From a virus (taxonomy: Duplodnaviria > Heunggongvirae > Uroviricota > Caudoviricetes), in the IMG/VR virus record IMGVR_UViG_2870495154_000003: a DNA stretch of 60,319 nucleotides, one strand, 5' to 3'. The notes below the pieces were generated by a model. The model did not search any database. It saw nothing but the letters and a program-made list of their open reading frames with translations, and was not told the origin of the DNA. Positions 17,838 through 29,277 of the stretch are shown piece by piece. Numbering within the stretch: position 1 is the first letter of the stretch; each line of letters starts with the position of its first letter. The position numbers and the translations under genes were made by a program.

Positions 17838-18047
17838 ATGAGCAAAAAATACCTATCCACTGAAGAGATTTTCGCAGAACAACGAAGATTGCTTTTACAG
17901 AGCATTGTTGCACGCCAGAAAGAAAAGGCACACGCTAAACAAATGCCACCAAATACAGAACCAGCGCCTACAAAATTTGCGCTTGATGAGTTTCTCAATA
18001 AACAGCCCCGGGTAATGAAAGCTAACAGGAACCGCCCACCAGGCTGA
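17838..18047 (+). CDS. Hypothetical protein 69 aa (copy B)
   Basis: Identical to 7355..7564. Confidence 0.4.
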   Translation: MSKKYLSTEEIFAEQRRLLLQSIVARQKEKAHAKQMPPNTEPAPTKFALDEFLNKQPRVMKANRNRPPG

Positions 18048-18161
18048 TCACATTGCCCACCAGCCAGCAAATCGCTATGATGGCTGGGCTTATGTTTAGT
18101 GTATTCCCACTGGCGACCTCTGATCCGGGTCGCCTTTGTTTTATGTGTCATATGCCCCCCT

Positions 18162-18371
18162 TTACGCTGCCTTGCCTGAATTAATGCGATCCCGGCTTTT
18201 AACCCATTCCATAACCTCGGACAGCAGCCAACCTACAGAACGACCGCCCAGATTACGGCGTGACGGGAAATTCCCTTTTTTCTCCAGTTCATAGCGTGTA
18301 GTGCGACACACTCCAGTTAACTTACGACATTCATCCTCACGGATTACGCGATCTTCATTTATTTCACGCAT
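18162..18371 (-). CDS. alpA: AlpA-family regulator (copy B)
   Basis: Identical to 7679..7888. Confidence 0.8.
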   Translation of the reverse strand: MREINEDRVIREDECRKLTGVCRTTRYELEKKGNFPSRRNLGGRSVGWLLSEVMEWVKSRDRINSGKAA

Positions 18372-18790
18372 ACAAAAACCTACATAAAAAATTACGTATA
18401 TAAACTTTTCTCTTAGCTGTAGATATATGAGATCGGATATTACTTAGATTCTTTTTTCACCTCTTAAATTAAAAACACAACCTTGCTAAAGGCTTTGTTC
18501 GCTAAGGTTCGTAGAAGCTCGTTAGTGTTTAAAATCGTGTCACGAGTTTTTAAGCGATGCAACAAAAAATGTCGTTATTTGGCATTACGCTTGAATTATC
18601 TCATTAAAAACAAATAGATAAACCATCAAGTGTTGGAACAATCAAGAAACAGAGAATAAAAGTTCAGAAGAAGACATTCCAATTTTTTGATGGTTGACAT
18701 ATATAAAGCGAAGATATTTGCAGATATTTTCCGATATTCTACGATTTATTCACGGCTGTAATCTCTTAAAGAAAAAACAGCCGTAATTTG

Positions 18791-20029
18791 TCAAGAATTT
18801 TGGGTGTAAATTCGCGGGGTCATAACAACGATTTTTTCATCATTGTTCTGGAGAAGCTCGAGACGGTCTACCCATAGATTAAGAGCATCACGTTTTGCAT
18901 CAAGATAACGGGAGTGGTTATAGACTCGTTGCATCCCCGGCATCTGGTGGGCGGTAAGCTGCTCGACAATATGCGGATCCACGCCTAAATCGTTCAGCAT
19001 GGTTGTAAATGTGTGCCGGATGTCATGCAACGACCAGGGGGCTTGATTAATGCGTCTGTGTGCCGTTCTTCCGTACTCTGCTACGGATGATTGCCCTTTC
19101 AGTTCTCCAAGCAATAAGCCCGTGTGCCTGTTCTTCTCCACCAGCTTCATGACAAACGGCAAGATCGCTTCCGGTATTGGCCTGAATATTGCTACCTTCG
19201 TTTTGCTGTGTTCTTTCGGCACAGTCCAGAGCATTTCTTTAAAATCCCATTCCTGAACCTCGGAGCGTCTTAGCTCAGTGGTACGGCATCCAAAGACAAT
19301 CAGAAGGCGAATTAAGGCGCTGTAGTACGGCGGGAAAATTTTTTCATCCAGTGCGCGGAGTAGCTCGCCAAGCTCCTTGTTTGTTAGCACTCGCTCGCTT
19401 ATTTCTGCTTTTTTTCCCACATCACCTACGACCATATCATCAAGAACGTTACTGACGGCGTAGCGACGTTTACGGCAGTACTTAAGCGCCTGCTTGCATA
19501 CCTGCAACAAAAAGCCGGCTGATACCGGATTACGCTTAGCAAGCTGGTCAAAACAGGCCAGCCAGTGGCGTAGCTCGCATTTATCCAGCGGCATAGCACC
19601 AATCTGGCTGATTATGTGCTTATTGATACGGCTTTTCAGTGATTCGTGGTCAGTGCGCTTTTCCTTCGCATACGACTCAAGCCAGTAAGTGAGCGCGTCC
19701 TTAACCGTCACAGGGGCTAACGCTTCCTGCACTGTGTGATTAAGCTCATGGCGTGGATTTTTCCCCTCCGCCAGCCAGGCGCGACACTGTGCCGCTTTTT
19801 CCCTGGCTGCTTTCAGGCTCAGATCGGGATAGTTGCCCAGTCTCAGGCGTTCCGGTGATACCTGCCTGCCAGTTCCGGCCCTGTAAGTGAAATACCAGGT
19901 TAACAGGCCGCTGGTGGAATGTCTTACGCTAAGATTGCCACCGTCATTAAAAAAGGCGTTTTTTGTGGTTGGTGATCCGCTTAATTTTCGTAAAAGAGTG
20001 TCGCTAAGTCTATGAATTGCGCTGCTCAT
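18791..20029 (-). CDS. int: Tyrosine integrase (copy B)
   Basis: Identical to 8308..9546. Confidence 0.9.
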   Translation of the reverse strand: MSSAIHRLSDTLLRKLSGSPTTKNAFFNDGGNLSVRHSTSGLLTWYFTYRAGTGRQVSPERLRLGNYPDLSLKAAREKAAQCRAWLAEGKNPRHELNHTVQEALAPVTVKDALTYWLESYAKEKRTDHESLKSRINKHIISQIGAMPLDKCELRHWLACFDQLAKRNPVSAGFLLQVCKQALKYCRKRRYAVSNVLDDMVVGDVGKKAEISERVLTNKELGELLRALDEKIFPPYYSALIRLLIVFGCRTTELRRSEVQEWDFKEMLWTVPKEHSKTKVAIFRPIPEAILPFVMKLVEKNRHTGLLLGELKGQSSVAEYGRTAHRRINQAPWSLHDIRHTFTTMLNDLGVDPHIVEQLTAHQMPGMQRVYNHSRYLDAKRDALNLWVDRLELLQNNDEKIVVMTPRIYTQNS

Positions 20030-20685
20030 GTTTCGCGTTTCCGGTCATCAAAATTAACTACACCATTGACTACACCGTGCATCGTACAAGGGCAAACCGT
20101 GACGAACAATATCGAACAACCGCGAACAAAGATCAACACGCTTTAATCATTATCATTTTCCGGCTATCCGTCATGAAGCTGGTGGATGATCTGCGTGGTG
20201 ATTTCCACCATTCAGAGCAGGGGCGGTCATCATGACCATGCCATAACAAAAACCCCATATTCGTGGTTTTTCTGTGTCGGGGCTATTCTGCTGTTGCCGT
20301 GCTGGTGGATATTCTCCGGTATGCGGCTCCCCATATCGGCATCAGGCCCACCAGCGTGAAGCGTTTTTCATTTTTCGCGGGTATAAAAAATCGATGGGGC
20401 TGGCAGTCCTGAAGACGTCAGGGTACAGAGATTTGACCCGCCCCTCCCTGTGCATGAGCACAATAAGTAACCGAAGGCGGAATTCCGCCCTCGGTACTTA
20501 CATATGAGAAACGATATTTCTTCCACCGATACCCTTTATTTGGGTATTGCGAGTAAGCCCCAAAATCTGGGTGTTACTCTTACTACCCAAACTACGGGTA
20601 GTTTCCGTAGTTTCATGGTCGAGTTGCAAATCTGCAACTCACCCACCAGCCAACGCAATTTTGCGTTATCGGGAATATCAGCAAG

Positions 20686-21060
20686 TTACCGCCGCAGTCG
20701 TTCCGGCTTCTTCCACTGGTAAGTATTTTTCGCGCTCTCCCTCCGTTGTTGAGAACGGCGACGGTATGCCAGCAACTCAAGGACTCTGGTTCGTATGTTG
20801 CGCATATCCACGCCGTTAAGCTCAATACCATCACGGCGCATCACCTCAGCAACAACACGCGCGTAATTTTCGGCTATCACGCTGTCCGGCTGCGTGGCCT
20901 CCTGTTCGCCAGCCTGCTGGCTGATTCCGGTAATACTGCGGATTATCCCGAGCGCTTCGGTCTCGGTCATGGTCATGGCCTCCATAGTGATGGCGGGTCC
21001 TCCTTGTGGGGTGCCCTGCCACGGGGCGGGAGCATCGCGGAAAAAGGCTAGTTTTTGCAT
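20686..21060 (-). CDS. Hypothetical protein 124 aa (copy B/C junction)
   Basis: Identical to 10203..10577. Confidence 0.4.
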   Translation of the reverse strand: MQKLAFFRDAPAPWQGTPQGGPAITMEAMTMTETEALGIIRSITGISQQAGEQEATQPDSVIAENYARVVAEVMRRDGIELNGVDMRNIRTRVLELLAYRRRSQQRRESAKNTYQWKKPERLRR

Positions 21061-21221
21061 TTTTATTCGTCATCACCACCAATGCAATATATTGATATGA
21101 CTTGATGTTTTATTTTTCGGTGTCGATTTCGATTGTTTTTTGTTCATCACTGACGCATAACGCCCACCAGCGCAACGCTGAAAGCCAGTCAGTAAACTGG
21201 CTTAGGTCATTGTGCACTACG

Positions 21222-21764
21222 TTACTTGTCTTTATCCGACTGAAACTTATCAGGCACATTTCCGGTAGTTTCCATCAGATAATCGGACAGCATTCGCGGG
21301 ATGTTTTCATCAAGTTTTGTGCATGCGTTACAGGCTCTGACAACTTCTTTTTTCAGGCCATCCAGCATGGCGGGGGTCATCTGTGGGAAGCTCCTTTGCA
21401 TAGTAAGCGGCAGGCTGCCCATGATTGAAGAAATCTGACTCGCCAGTTTTGAAAGCGCATATATACAAAATTCCGTACTAATCACATCGCCGCGTTCGCG
21501 CTCGTTTTTAAGCTCCTGCGCCTCCGCCTGCGCTGTCAGCAATCTGATCCTGACTCGCAAAAGCTCATCATTATCAATCTCGCCTTTGTCGTCTGTAATC
21601 TGGTTAATTGCATTGCTAACCCGATTGTCTATTACGCTGGCAACATCATAAAACGCCTCGCGGCCTTTACGTTCAACGGGAGTCACTCCCCACTTGTCGA
21701 ACGCTGTCGCACTTACACGGCAGCTTTGCGCCATGTTTTTTTTGTTCATCAGGTGCGATTTCAT
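21222..21764 (-). CDS. Terminase small subunit, Nu1-like (copy C)
   Basis: Identical to 252..794. Confidence 0.8.
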   Translation of the reverse strand: MKSHLMNKKNMAQSCRVSATAFDKWGVTPVERKGREAFYDVASVIDNRVSNAINQITDDKGEIDNDELLRVRIRLLTAQAEAQELKNERERGDVISTEFCIYALSKLASQISSIMGSLPLTMQRSFPQMTPAMLDGLKKEVVRACNACTKLDENIPRMLSDYLMETTGNVPDKFQSDKDK

Positions 21765-21965
21765 CAATATCCCCACTTAAGTAATGTTTCAGGTTGGTGT
21801 ATTGGCTTTATCTTTTCCTTTTTATTCATAGAGATAGAGCGAACAACAAAACCACCACCAGCACCCGAAAAAGGCTCATAAATAGCGAAAACCCGCGAGG
21901 TCGCCGCCCCGTAACCTACCGGATCGCCGGAAAGGACCCGCCAGCCAGAACGGGCCCTAATTTCA

Positions 21966-22349
21966 TCAACCAATCAACTTATAGCGACCATCCCGTGCAT
22001 TGCGACGTACACGCTCAATCTTGAGGCATAGCGCCGCATCTGGCTTTTTTGGGACAGGTACGCGGCAATATTCAGAAGCTCGAGGAATATTGTTTATCCA
22101 GTCGATCACTTCACTTAAATACCAGGCCTTACGCCCTTTCGTAACCTGTACGCGTTCGGGGAACTCTCCGCGAGCCTCAAGGTTTAGCAATGTGCGACGG
22201 CTAAGGGTAGTAAGTTCCATCACCTGATTCATATCAACAAGGCGTTCACTTAAACGCATTTTGTCAGCAATAGCCTTTAATTCCTCTACTGCTGGATCCG
22301 GATACATCATTTCGGCAATTGGCTTAAGGTCATTGTAATGATTCTGCAT
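21966..22349 (-). CDS. AlpA/Xis-like HTH protein (copy C)
   Basis: Identical to 996..1379. Confidence 0.6.
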   Translation of the reverse strand: MQNHYNDLKPIAEMMYPDPAVEELKAIADKMRLSERLVDMNQVMELTTLSRRTLLNLEARGEFPERVQVTKGRKAWYLSEVIDWINNIPRASEYCRVPVPKKPDAALCLKIERVRRNARDGRYKLIG

Positions 22350-22360
22350 TGTATCCCCCT

Positions 22361-22702
22361 TTACACACGAGCCAGCGGCTGAACAGAAATACCTGAGCCA
22401 ACAAACGCGGCAACCTTTGCCGACAGTTCTTTTACAGACTCAGGCCAGTTCAGAGCATCAACATTTAAAACACCTGTCTTATAAACCTGTGCCTGTGTTT
22501 TTTTCGCTGTGTCGATTTGTACAGCGGAAACATAAACCGCTTTACCTACGCTCGAACCATCCCATACCACCAGTGCACCTGTTGCATCTTCCTGCATCAG
22601 TGGCGTAAATGCAGGAATTACCCCTTTATTAGCTGAAAATATCCCCAGCGTAGTCACCAGTGCTTCAGTGCCAGCCATGAGTTCAGTGTAATGAGTAGCC
22701 AT
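22361..22702 (-). CDS. gpD-like head decoration protein (copy C)
   Basis: Identical to 1391..1732. Confidence 0.75.
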   Translation of the reverse strand: MATHYTELMAGTEALVTTLGIFSANKGVIPAFTPLMQEDATGALVVWDGSSVGKAVYVSAVQIDTAKKTQAQVYKTGVLNVDALNWPESVKELSAKVAAFVGSGISVQPLARV

Positions 22703-22711
22703 TGCTCCCCC

Positions 22712-23758
22712 TTAGCCAATGCGAACGGTAACAAAACGATTGATGCGGGCCGGTATTGGCTGTGGTGCTGAATGTGTCTGCACATATTCAATAGCCGGAT
22801 CACCAGGCACAATATAGTTTTTCGGTGCAAGTTCGGCTTTAGTCAGCCCCATTCGGATTAGCTCCGGATCCTGAATACCGCCATAGGCGACAATCCCCTG
22901 AAGAGCCGTATTGCCAAGCACCATCAAATCAGGATCAAGGAAATGTTTTTCTGTTCCGTCCTCGTCGGTATAACGCCCGCTGTAAACAACAATCGCAACA
23001 TCGCCCATATACCCTTTAAAACTCACCGAATCACCAAGGTCTTTAAGGGCCGTTTCCAGTTCGGAATTAGAACCACGACGGGTATCCAAAGCCTCTTTTA
23101 TCGCTCTGAATGAACGGTATTTCTTCCATACATTACCACCCATAATGATGATATTAGTGACGCCCTCACTAAATTCTGCGTAGCTCTCAATATCATCATT
23201 TGGATCAAAAGTTTCTTTATCCTTACCTGACCACTCAGTACCGCCAGACTGAGTGATGATATTTTGTGGTTTTATATTCCAGTCCAGCTCATAACGTTCA
23301 ATACCATCGCCCTCAATGATATTTTTCCCCGTTGTGATTGCCTGAACAGCAAGCCATTCAATACGTGCACGAATAGCTTTAGCCTGATTTACAATCGCCT
23401 GTTTAACTTTAATATTACGCGCCCCAAAAGCATTGTATTGCTCAGGTGACACACCAGCAGGGCGCACAGCTAACTTATTTGGATCAATGCTGCTTTTCGG
23501 CTTCATATAACCTGGACGAATTGTTTTTGATTCGTATCCCTCATCTCGTGAAACTTTACTGCCCACCATAGGAGAGCAAAACGCCGCGATCGGGATATTT
23601 GGATCGTCGATCGTATCAAGAATAATGTCTCTCGATTCAAACATTACCGAGCGAGTGAAAAACAAACTGGTAAACAACGCATTTAATTTTTTTTGCACAT
23701 CTTCAGCATTAGCCACCTGCACAAGCTGTGTAGGCGAATATAAATCAACCATACTCAT
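22712..23758 (-). CDS. gpE-like major capsid protein (copy C)
   Basis: Identical to 1742..2788. Confidence 0.85.
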   Translation of the reverse strand: MSMVDLYSPTQLVQVANAEDVQKKLNALFTSLFFTRSVMFESRDIILDTIDDPNIPIAAFCSPMVGSKVSRDEGYESKTIRPGYMKPKSSIDPNKLAVRPAGVSPEQYNAFGARNIKVKQAIVNQAKAIRARIEWLAVQAITTGKNIIEGDGIERYELDWNIKPQNIITQSGGTEWSGKDKETFDPNDDIESYAEFSEGVTNIIIMGGNVWKKYRSFRAIKEALDTRRGSNSELETALKDLGDSVSFKGYMGDVAIVVYSGRYTDEDGTEKHFLDPDLMVLGNTALQGIVAYGGIQDPELIRMGLTKAELAPKNYIVPGDPAIEYVQTHSAPQPIPARINRFVTVRIG

Positions 23759-23969
23759 CCTCTTTACATTCATTACAAATAATTGTGAATATATTCTATT
23801 ACCGATGTCTGCTATGCGAATACATGCAACCAAGTGCAATGTTGTATAAAATATGCCGTAACAACTTCAGTGCTGATAATTCGTGTTAATGTATTTACTT
23901 CCTTTGGTCGGGATTTATGTAGCATGCCGGAAAATCTATTTTTTTCCGGCATCTTTTTGTTTGCAGAAT

Positions 23970-24392
23970 TTAAAACGGTATATTATCGCCGTACGGATCA
24001 TCATTCCCCGACTGTTGTTTTGCCCTGTTCAGTGCGTCAGTGGCCTGCCCCTGCTGGCCTTTTTTGCCGCCCGGTCGCGCCGTTCGCGCACTGATTACAC
24101 TGTCTGCGATAACCTGCCAGCCCTGCCGCGTTTCGCCGTTCTGGCCTGTCCACTGGCTTACCTGCATGTTACCCGCCACGCTCACCAATTCGCCTTTGTG
24201 GTGTTTTGCCAGTGCGTCGGCCTGTCTGCCAAACGCCAGGACGGATAACCACATCGTCGCCGTTCCGTCATCTGCCTGGCTGCACGGCAGGGGAACCGCC
24301 ATACTCGCCATCGCCATTTGTGTCCCTTTGCTGGTGGTCTTTAACTGCGGGTCAGCCACCAGCCGCCCGTAAGCCGCTATCTGTGCTGTCAT
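23970..24392 (-). CDS. ssb: Single-stranded DNA-binding protein (copy C)
   Basis: Identical to 3000..3422. Confidence 0.8.
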   Translation of the reverse strand: MTAQIAAYGRLVADPQLKTTSKGTQMAMASMAVPLPCSQADDGTATMWLSVLAFGRQADALAKHHKGELVSVAGNMQVSQWTGQNGETRQGWQVIADSVISARTARPGGKKGQQGQATDALNRAKQQSGNDDPYGDNIPF

Positions 24393-24634
24393 GCTGTCTG
24401 CTCTCCGGTTTTAACGTTGATGGTTGTCACCTGTTCCGCTTCGGCAATCTCCCGTTCTGTCAGCGTGGCAAAGTTTGCAGCTGCCGTTGTCATGAATGAG
24501 CTAATCAGTTCGGGATGTGCTTTCGCATATCCTTCCCCGGCGTTGCGGTCGATGATTTTTATCGACACCCTTAACCAGTGTTCCGTCAAATCAAGGGCGT
24601 GCGATTGTGATTTTTTTGTGTGCTTCGCTGTCAT
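24389..24634 (-). CDS. Hypothetical protein 81 aa (copy C)
   Basis: Identical to 3419..3664. Confidence 0.45.
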   Translation of the reverse strand: MTAKHTKKSQSHALDLTEHWLRVSIKIIDRNAGEGYAKAHPELISSFMTTAAANFATLTEREIAEAEQVTTINVKTGEQTA

Positions 24635-24921
24635 AGGCTTTATCTCACAGCAGTAAATTAAAATTTTTGCGTTTTAACCCTTCACCTGTTCACCTTTTGA
24701 TATTTTATCTTTTAATTCATAATGTTAAGGGGTGAACAGTTTCACAAAAACTATTCACCAACTGTTCACCACTGTTCACCCTTGAAGCTCAATAAACAAT
24801 CAAAAAGGTGAACAGTGAATAGTTTGGTGAACAGTTCATAAATAACTGTTCACCCTATAACATACTGATACAAAAGATATTTATGACAGGGTGAACAGTG
24901 GTGAACAGTTATTCCATAAGT

Positions 24922-26739
24922 TTAATTTTTGCTATCGTCATTAGTGACCGATACACATGATGGCATCCAGTCTTCTGATTCCTCCGTCAGTGTCACGTTT
25001 GAACGCAAACCGTGCTTCGTTTTCCGTTTCATATACTCCCTGCCATATTCCGCCATTGCCCCCGGCATATCTTTACCGAAGCGCGTCAGTGTTACAGGTT
25101 TACCAAACCCATGTGCCTTCATATAAGCCAGATAGGCATGATAGAGATACCTGCGCGGGCTGAATGGCACAATTTCAGCATTACCCACTAACAGGCCATC
25201 ACACATTACCGACGCCATGAGATAGCCGCAGAAGTCCACCAGCGAATCACCTTCACGCTTTATCGCGAGTGCTTCTTCTGATTTCTGCTGCTCATATAAA
25301 AGGCGTCTGGCTTCGTCCTGGTCAGCAAACCGTGTAAGCAGATGACGAATCACTACCGCCAGCTCACCTTCTATTTTTTCCGCCAGCATTGAATCGCGTT
25401 CGTTCTCCGGTACAACTTCCGAAAAATTGAATATCACCCGACGGCGCGAGATCCCCCCACTGCGGTCACTGAATGACATAGCGTTATTGTTAACCGCCAG
25501 CACTACTGCCGGGATACGCGTTGAATATGGGGCTTTATGTTTTGGGTCGATTGCCACCTTGTCACCGCCTGTAATAGCCTTAATTCCCGCCCCATCACCA
25601 GCGTAGCGGGTCATATCCGGCATGATAATCAGCGAAAAGCCAACCACTAACGCGCGTTCCCTTGCATCTTCCAGCGCCTTCATGCTCGCTGATACTGTAT
25701 TAGCCTTACCCGCCAGCATGGTGCAAATCTCCGCCATCACGCTTTTACCACTTCCCCCTGGACCTGTTACCTCAATGAATAACTGCCAGTCGTACCGGTT
25801 CGCCAGCACCATGAATAATGCAGCCAGTACGCGATCCGCCTTGCGGTCATTCTCAGCCACCGAACGGCGTAACCACTTCCAGAAATTCGGCGCATGTGTT
25901 GCCAGCGTTTCCCCCTCTGCTGGTGGGCTGAAAGGTAATTCACTGGCAATTAACAACCAGTCGTTTTTGTTATGCTCCCGAAAATTACCTGTTCTGGTAT
26001 CAAATACCCCGTTACTGAATCCAATCAGGTTACGGGCTGTATTCCCCATTACAGGCAAACTTAACTTCATGGTATCGACCGCCGATTTAATGGCGTTCTG
26101 CGAATAGCTGATCTCCGCATCAATGAAAATCTGTGCCATAGCTCGCTGTAATTCTTTATCCTGTACTGGCTCCCATACAACGCCGTTGTAATGGTGAACA
26201 GTGTCAGAGTCAGCATGAATCGCCAGTTCACCGCCATAATGTGCCAGGAGAACTTCGCCGCGTTGACTTGCTCCCATCTGGTTAAGCGCCAGTGATGAAG
26301 CGTTATCGTCTTTTACCCGCTCTTTTTTCTTTACAGGCAGTTCAACTACCTTTTTCTTTTCCGCCAGCTCTCCCCGCTCACGTTCCAGATATTCGCGCCA
26401 GTTCTCCCGTTTCTGGCTGTGCATTCCTTCAGGGTAATAATCAGCATCCCTGACACCTGCCGCTGCCAGTTTCTGCCCGATGGTATTAACAAGCCCCGGA
26501 CGCAATAACCCCGCCTGGTAGAGACGCACGCGATAGCGTCCGTCCGGTACGATTTGCAGGTTGTCCAGTTCGGCAAGTTGTTGCTCTCCAAGCCAGACAG
26601 GTGGCACGTTATCGCCAGCCAGTCGCCCGTCCTGTTCCTGCCACTGCGTCGCATGTGCCCACGCATCACTACCCGCAAAAATGATGACTTCCGTCATTTT
26701 GTCACGCGGCTGGTGTTTTAAATTTGGCGCTTTTTTCAT
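24922..26739 (-). CDS. Primase-helicase (copy C)
   Basis: Identical to 3952..5769. Confidence 0.85.
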   Translation of the reverse strand: MKKAPNLKHQPRDKMTEVIIFAGSDAWAHATQWQEQDGRLAGDNVPPVWLGEQQLAELDNLQIVPDGRYRVRLYQAGLLRPGLVNTIGQKLAAAGVRDADYYPEGMHSQKRENWREYLERERGELAEKKKVVELPVKKKERVKDDNASSLALNQMGASQRGEVLLAHYGGELAIHADSDTVHHYNGVVWEPVQDKELQRAMAQIFIDAEISYSQNAIKSAVDTMKLSLPVMGNTARNLIGFSNGVFDTRTGNFREHNKNDWLLIASELPFSPPAEGETLATHAPNFWKWLRRSVAENDRKADRVLAALFMVLANRYDWQLFIEVTGPGGSGKSVMAEICTMLAGKANTVSASMKALEDARERALVVGFSLIIMPDMTRYAGDGAGIKAITGGDKVAIDPKHKAPYSTRIPAVVLAVNNNAMSFSDRSGGISRRRVIFNFSEVVPENERDSMLAEKIEGELAVVIRHLLTRFADQDEARRLLYEQQKSEEALAIKREGDSLVDFCGYLMASVMCDGLLVGNAEIVPFSPRRYLYHAYLAYMKAHGFGKPVTLTRFGKDMPGAMAEYGREYMKRKTKHGLRSNVTLTEESEDWMPSCVSVTNDDSKN

Positions 26740-27029
26740 TTCTGCTCTCTCCACGCGGCAATCATGTTTTTCAGTTCCTGTAGTTTTTTATCCACACGTG
26801 ACACATGGTTATTTCTGGAAAGCGGGATTTCCCGCCTGAATCTGCTAATAAAGATCTCCACGTTCAGCGAACTATGAAATGAATAGCCATCACGAATAAA
26901 ATAAACACGGTCAAACATCAGTTCTTTTACCGTTACTCTGTTACCGTTCTTATCCAGATAAATAGCGCCGGGGATAATTTTTGGGTGTGCATAACCGCTG
27001 GCAGTCAAGCCAGATAAATATGTTCTCAT
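26736..27029 (-). CDS. Hypothetical protein 97 aa (copy C)
   Basis: Identical to 5766..6059. Confidence 0.5.
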   Translation of the reverse strand: MRTYLSGLTASGYAHPKIIPGAIYLDKNGNRVTVKELMFDRVYFIRDGYSFHSSLNVEIFISRFRREIPLSRNNHVSRVDKKLQELKNMIAAWREQK

Positions 27030-27035
27030 GATTAT

Positions 27036-27356
27036 TTATCCCCGATTTGAATCAGTATTCGCTTTCTTTATGGCATTTAATGCATCTGTGGCATTTTCAA
27101 TGGTGCACCGTAACGAAATATCAAACTGCCCAAGCATTGCCAGTAACAAGCCAATATTCCCCATGTCAATGCGCATAGCCTTTTCGTCATATTCCTCATT
27201 TTCTGACGCATGCCACATCAGGCTACCAATTGACGCAACAGCCATTGATATATTGTCAGTAGCCCCATCCGCAGCGGAATAAACCTTTTTAGCAATATCA
27301 TGCTCACAGTTAAAATGCGGATTAATCAGGTACTGGTAATTTGACATATCAGGCAT
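27036..27356 (-). CDS. Hypothetical protein 106 aa (copy C)
   Basis: Identical to 6066..6386. Confidence 0.45.
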   Translation of the reverse strand: MPDMSNYQYLINPHFNCEHDIAKKVYSAADGATDNISMAVASIGSLMWHASENEEYDEKAMRIDMGNIGLLLAMLGQFDISLRCTIENATDALNAIKKANTDSNRG

Positions 27357-27888
27357 GGCACACCCCCTGGCGAATACGGGCGGCGAATACAGCAACACAA
27401 CCGGACGGGCAGCGGTTACGCGCTTCACGTTCCGTCCAGGCGGTGACGTGGATGATTTGATGGTCTGACGCGCCAAAGATGATAAAGCGCCAGAGAAAGG
27501 CGGTTTGAGAATGTACAAGGGTAGGGATAGTAGCCATGTTGGCAGCCTCCTTTGACAGTGAAGAATTTCCACCGCAGGAAACGCCAATTTCGCTGGCGGT
27601 GGACTGAACGGGGTTGGCGTAACCGGCGTCAAAGGGAACCGGCGCTTCCGAAGAAGCCCCCGCCCAGCCCACCATAACTTTGATGTGAGCGAATGCGGAC
27701 GATAAAAAAGACGCTGGCGCGTCATATATCGCCTTTGACATTTCCAGGACGCCAATCCCGGCACCAGATTTTGCTGGTGCGGATAAATCATAGCCCTGGC
27801 TTGCAGTGGCGATCAACTGGTTTTTTACACCCGCTTTATTCAGGTTGTGCGAGTCCCGCCCTTGCGGGTGTGTGGTATGATTTCTCAT
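27349..27888 (-). CDS. Hypothetical Ala/Gly/Ser-rich protein (copy C)
   Basis: Identical to 6379..6918. Confidence 0.3.
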   Translation of the reverse strand: MRNHTTHPQGRDSHNLNKAGVKNQLIATASQGYDLSAPAKSGAGIGVLEMSKAIYDAPASFLSSAFAHIKVMVGWAGASSEAPVPFDAGYANPVQSTASEIGVSCGGNSSLSKEAANMATIPTLVHSQTAFLWRFIIFGASDHQIIHVTAWTEREARNRCPSGCVAVFAARIRQGVCHA

Positions 27889-28087
27889 AGCGACCTCGAT
27901 ACTATCGTTATCGTTGGTGGTTAGAAGCCCCGTTACTGCTCCAACAGTGCGGGGTTTCGTCGTTTCTGCACCTTGCATCAACAAGGTGTTGAACACCAAT
28001 GTAAACTCAGGTGTTGAACACGTCAAGTGTTGAACACTTGTTTTTTTTCCTGCATACTGCATTTGTTTTTTGTGAGGGGTACACAAC

Positions 28088-28267
28088 ATGGCGACAAAAG
28101 CAGTAAACGCAAAATCACAAACAGTTGCGGCAAGGGTTCCGCATGAAGTTATGAACAATGTTGAGGCGGTAAAAATGCCTGGTGAAAGTACAGGGCAATT
28201 TGTAACAGCAGCATTAAAGCGAGAAGTTGAATACCGCCAGCGACGCAAGGCTAAAGAGCAAGAATAA
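28088..28267 (+). CDS. RHH-like small regulator (copy C)
   Basis: Identical to 7118..7297. Confidence 0.55.
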   Translation: MATKAVNAKSQTVAARVPHEVMNNVEAVKMPGESTGQFVTAALKREVEYRQRRKAKEQE

Positions 28268-28324
28268 TCACTATCAGCGCTGTGGTGTGAGGTACTCCGG
28301 CGCATTGCTTTACAGGTCGGCACT

Positions 28325-28534
28325 ATGAGCAAAAAATACCTATCCACTGAAGAGATTTTCGCAGAACAACGAAGATTGCTTTTACAGAGCATTGTTGCAC
28401 GCCAGAAAGAAAAGGCACACGCTAAACAAATGCCACCAAATACAGAACCAGCGCCTACAAAATTTGCGCTTGATGAGTTTCTCAATAAACAGCCCCGGGT
28501 AATGAAAGCTAACAGGAACCGCCCACCAGGCTGA
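28325..28534 (+). CDS. Hypothetical protein 69 aa (copy C)
   Basis: Identical to 7355..7564. Confidence 0.4.
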   Translation: MSKKYLSTEEIFAEQRRLLLQSIVARQKEKAHAKQMPPNTEPAPTKFALDEFLNKQPRVMKANRNRPPG

Positions 28535-28648
28535 TCACATTGCCCACCAGCCAGCAAATCGCTATGATGGCTGGGCTTATGTTTAGTGTATTCCCACTGG
28601 CGACCTCTGATCCGGGTCGCCTTTGTTTTATGTGTCATATGCCCCCCT

Positions 28649-28858
28649 TTACGCTGCCTTGCCTGAATTAATGCGATCCCGGCTTTTAACCCATTCCATA
28701 ACCTCGGACAGCAGCCAACCTACAGAACGACCGCCCAGATTACGGCGTGACGGGAAATTCCCTTTTTTCTCCAGTTCATAGCGTGTAGTGCGACACACTC
28801 CAGTTAACTTACGACATTCATCCTCACGGATTACGCGATCTTCATTTATTTCACGCAT
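28649..28858 (-). CDS. alpA: AlpA-family regulator (copy C)
   Basis: Identical to 7679..7888. Confidence 0.8.
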   Translation of the reverse strand: MREINEDRVIREDECRKLTGVCRTTRYELEKKGNFPSRRNLGGRSVGWLLSEVMEWVKSRDRINSGKAA

Positions 28859-29277
28859 ACAAAAACCTACATAAAAAATTACGTATATAAACTTTTCTCT
28901 TAGCTGTAGATATATGAGATCGGATATTACTTAGATTCTTTTTTCACCTCTTAAATTAAAAACACAACCTTGCTAAAGGCTTTGTTCGCTAAGGTTCGTA
29001 GAAGCTCGTTAGTGTTTAAAATCGTGTCACGAGTTTTTAAGCGATGCAACAAAAAATGTCGTTATTTGGCATTACGCTTGAATTATCTCATTAAAAACAA
29101 ATAGATAAACCATCAAGTGTTGGAACAATCAAGAAACAGAGAATAAAAGTTCAGAAGAAGACATTCCAATTTTTTGATGGTTGACATATATAAAGCGAAG
29201 ATATTTGCAGATATTTTCCGATATTCTACGATTTATTCACGGCTGTAATCTCTTAAAGAAAAAACAGCCGTAATTTG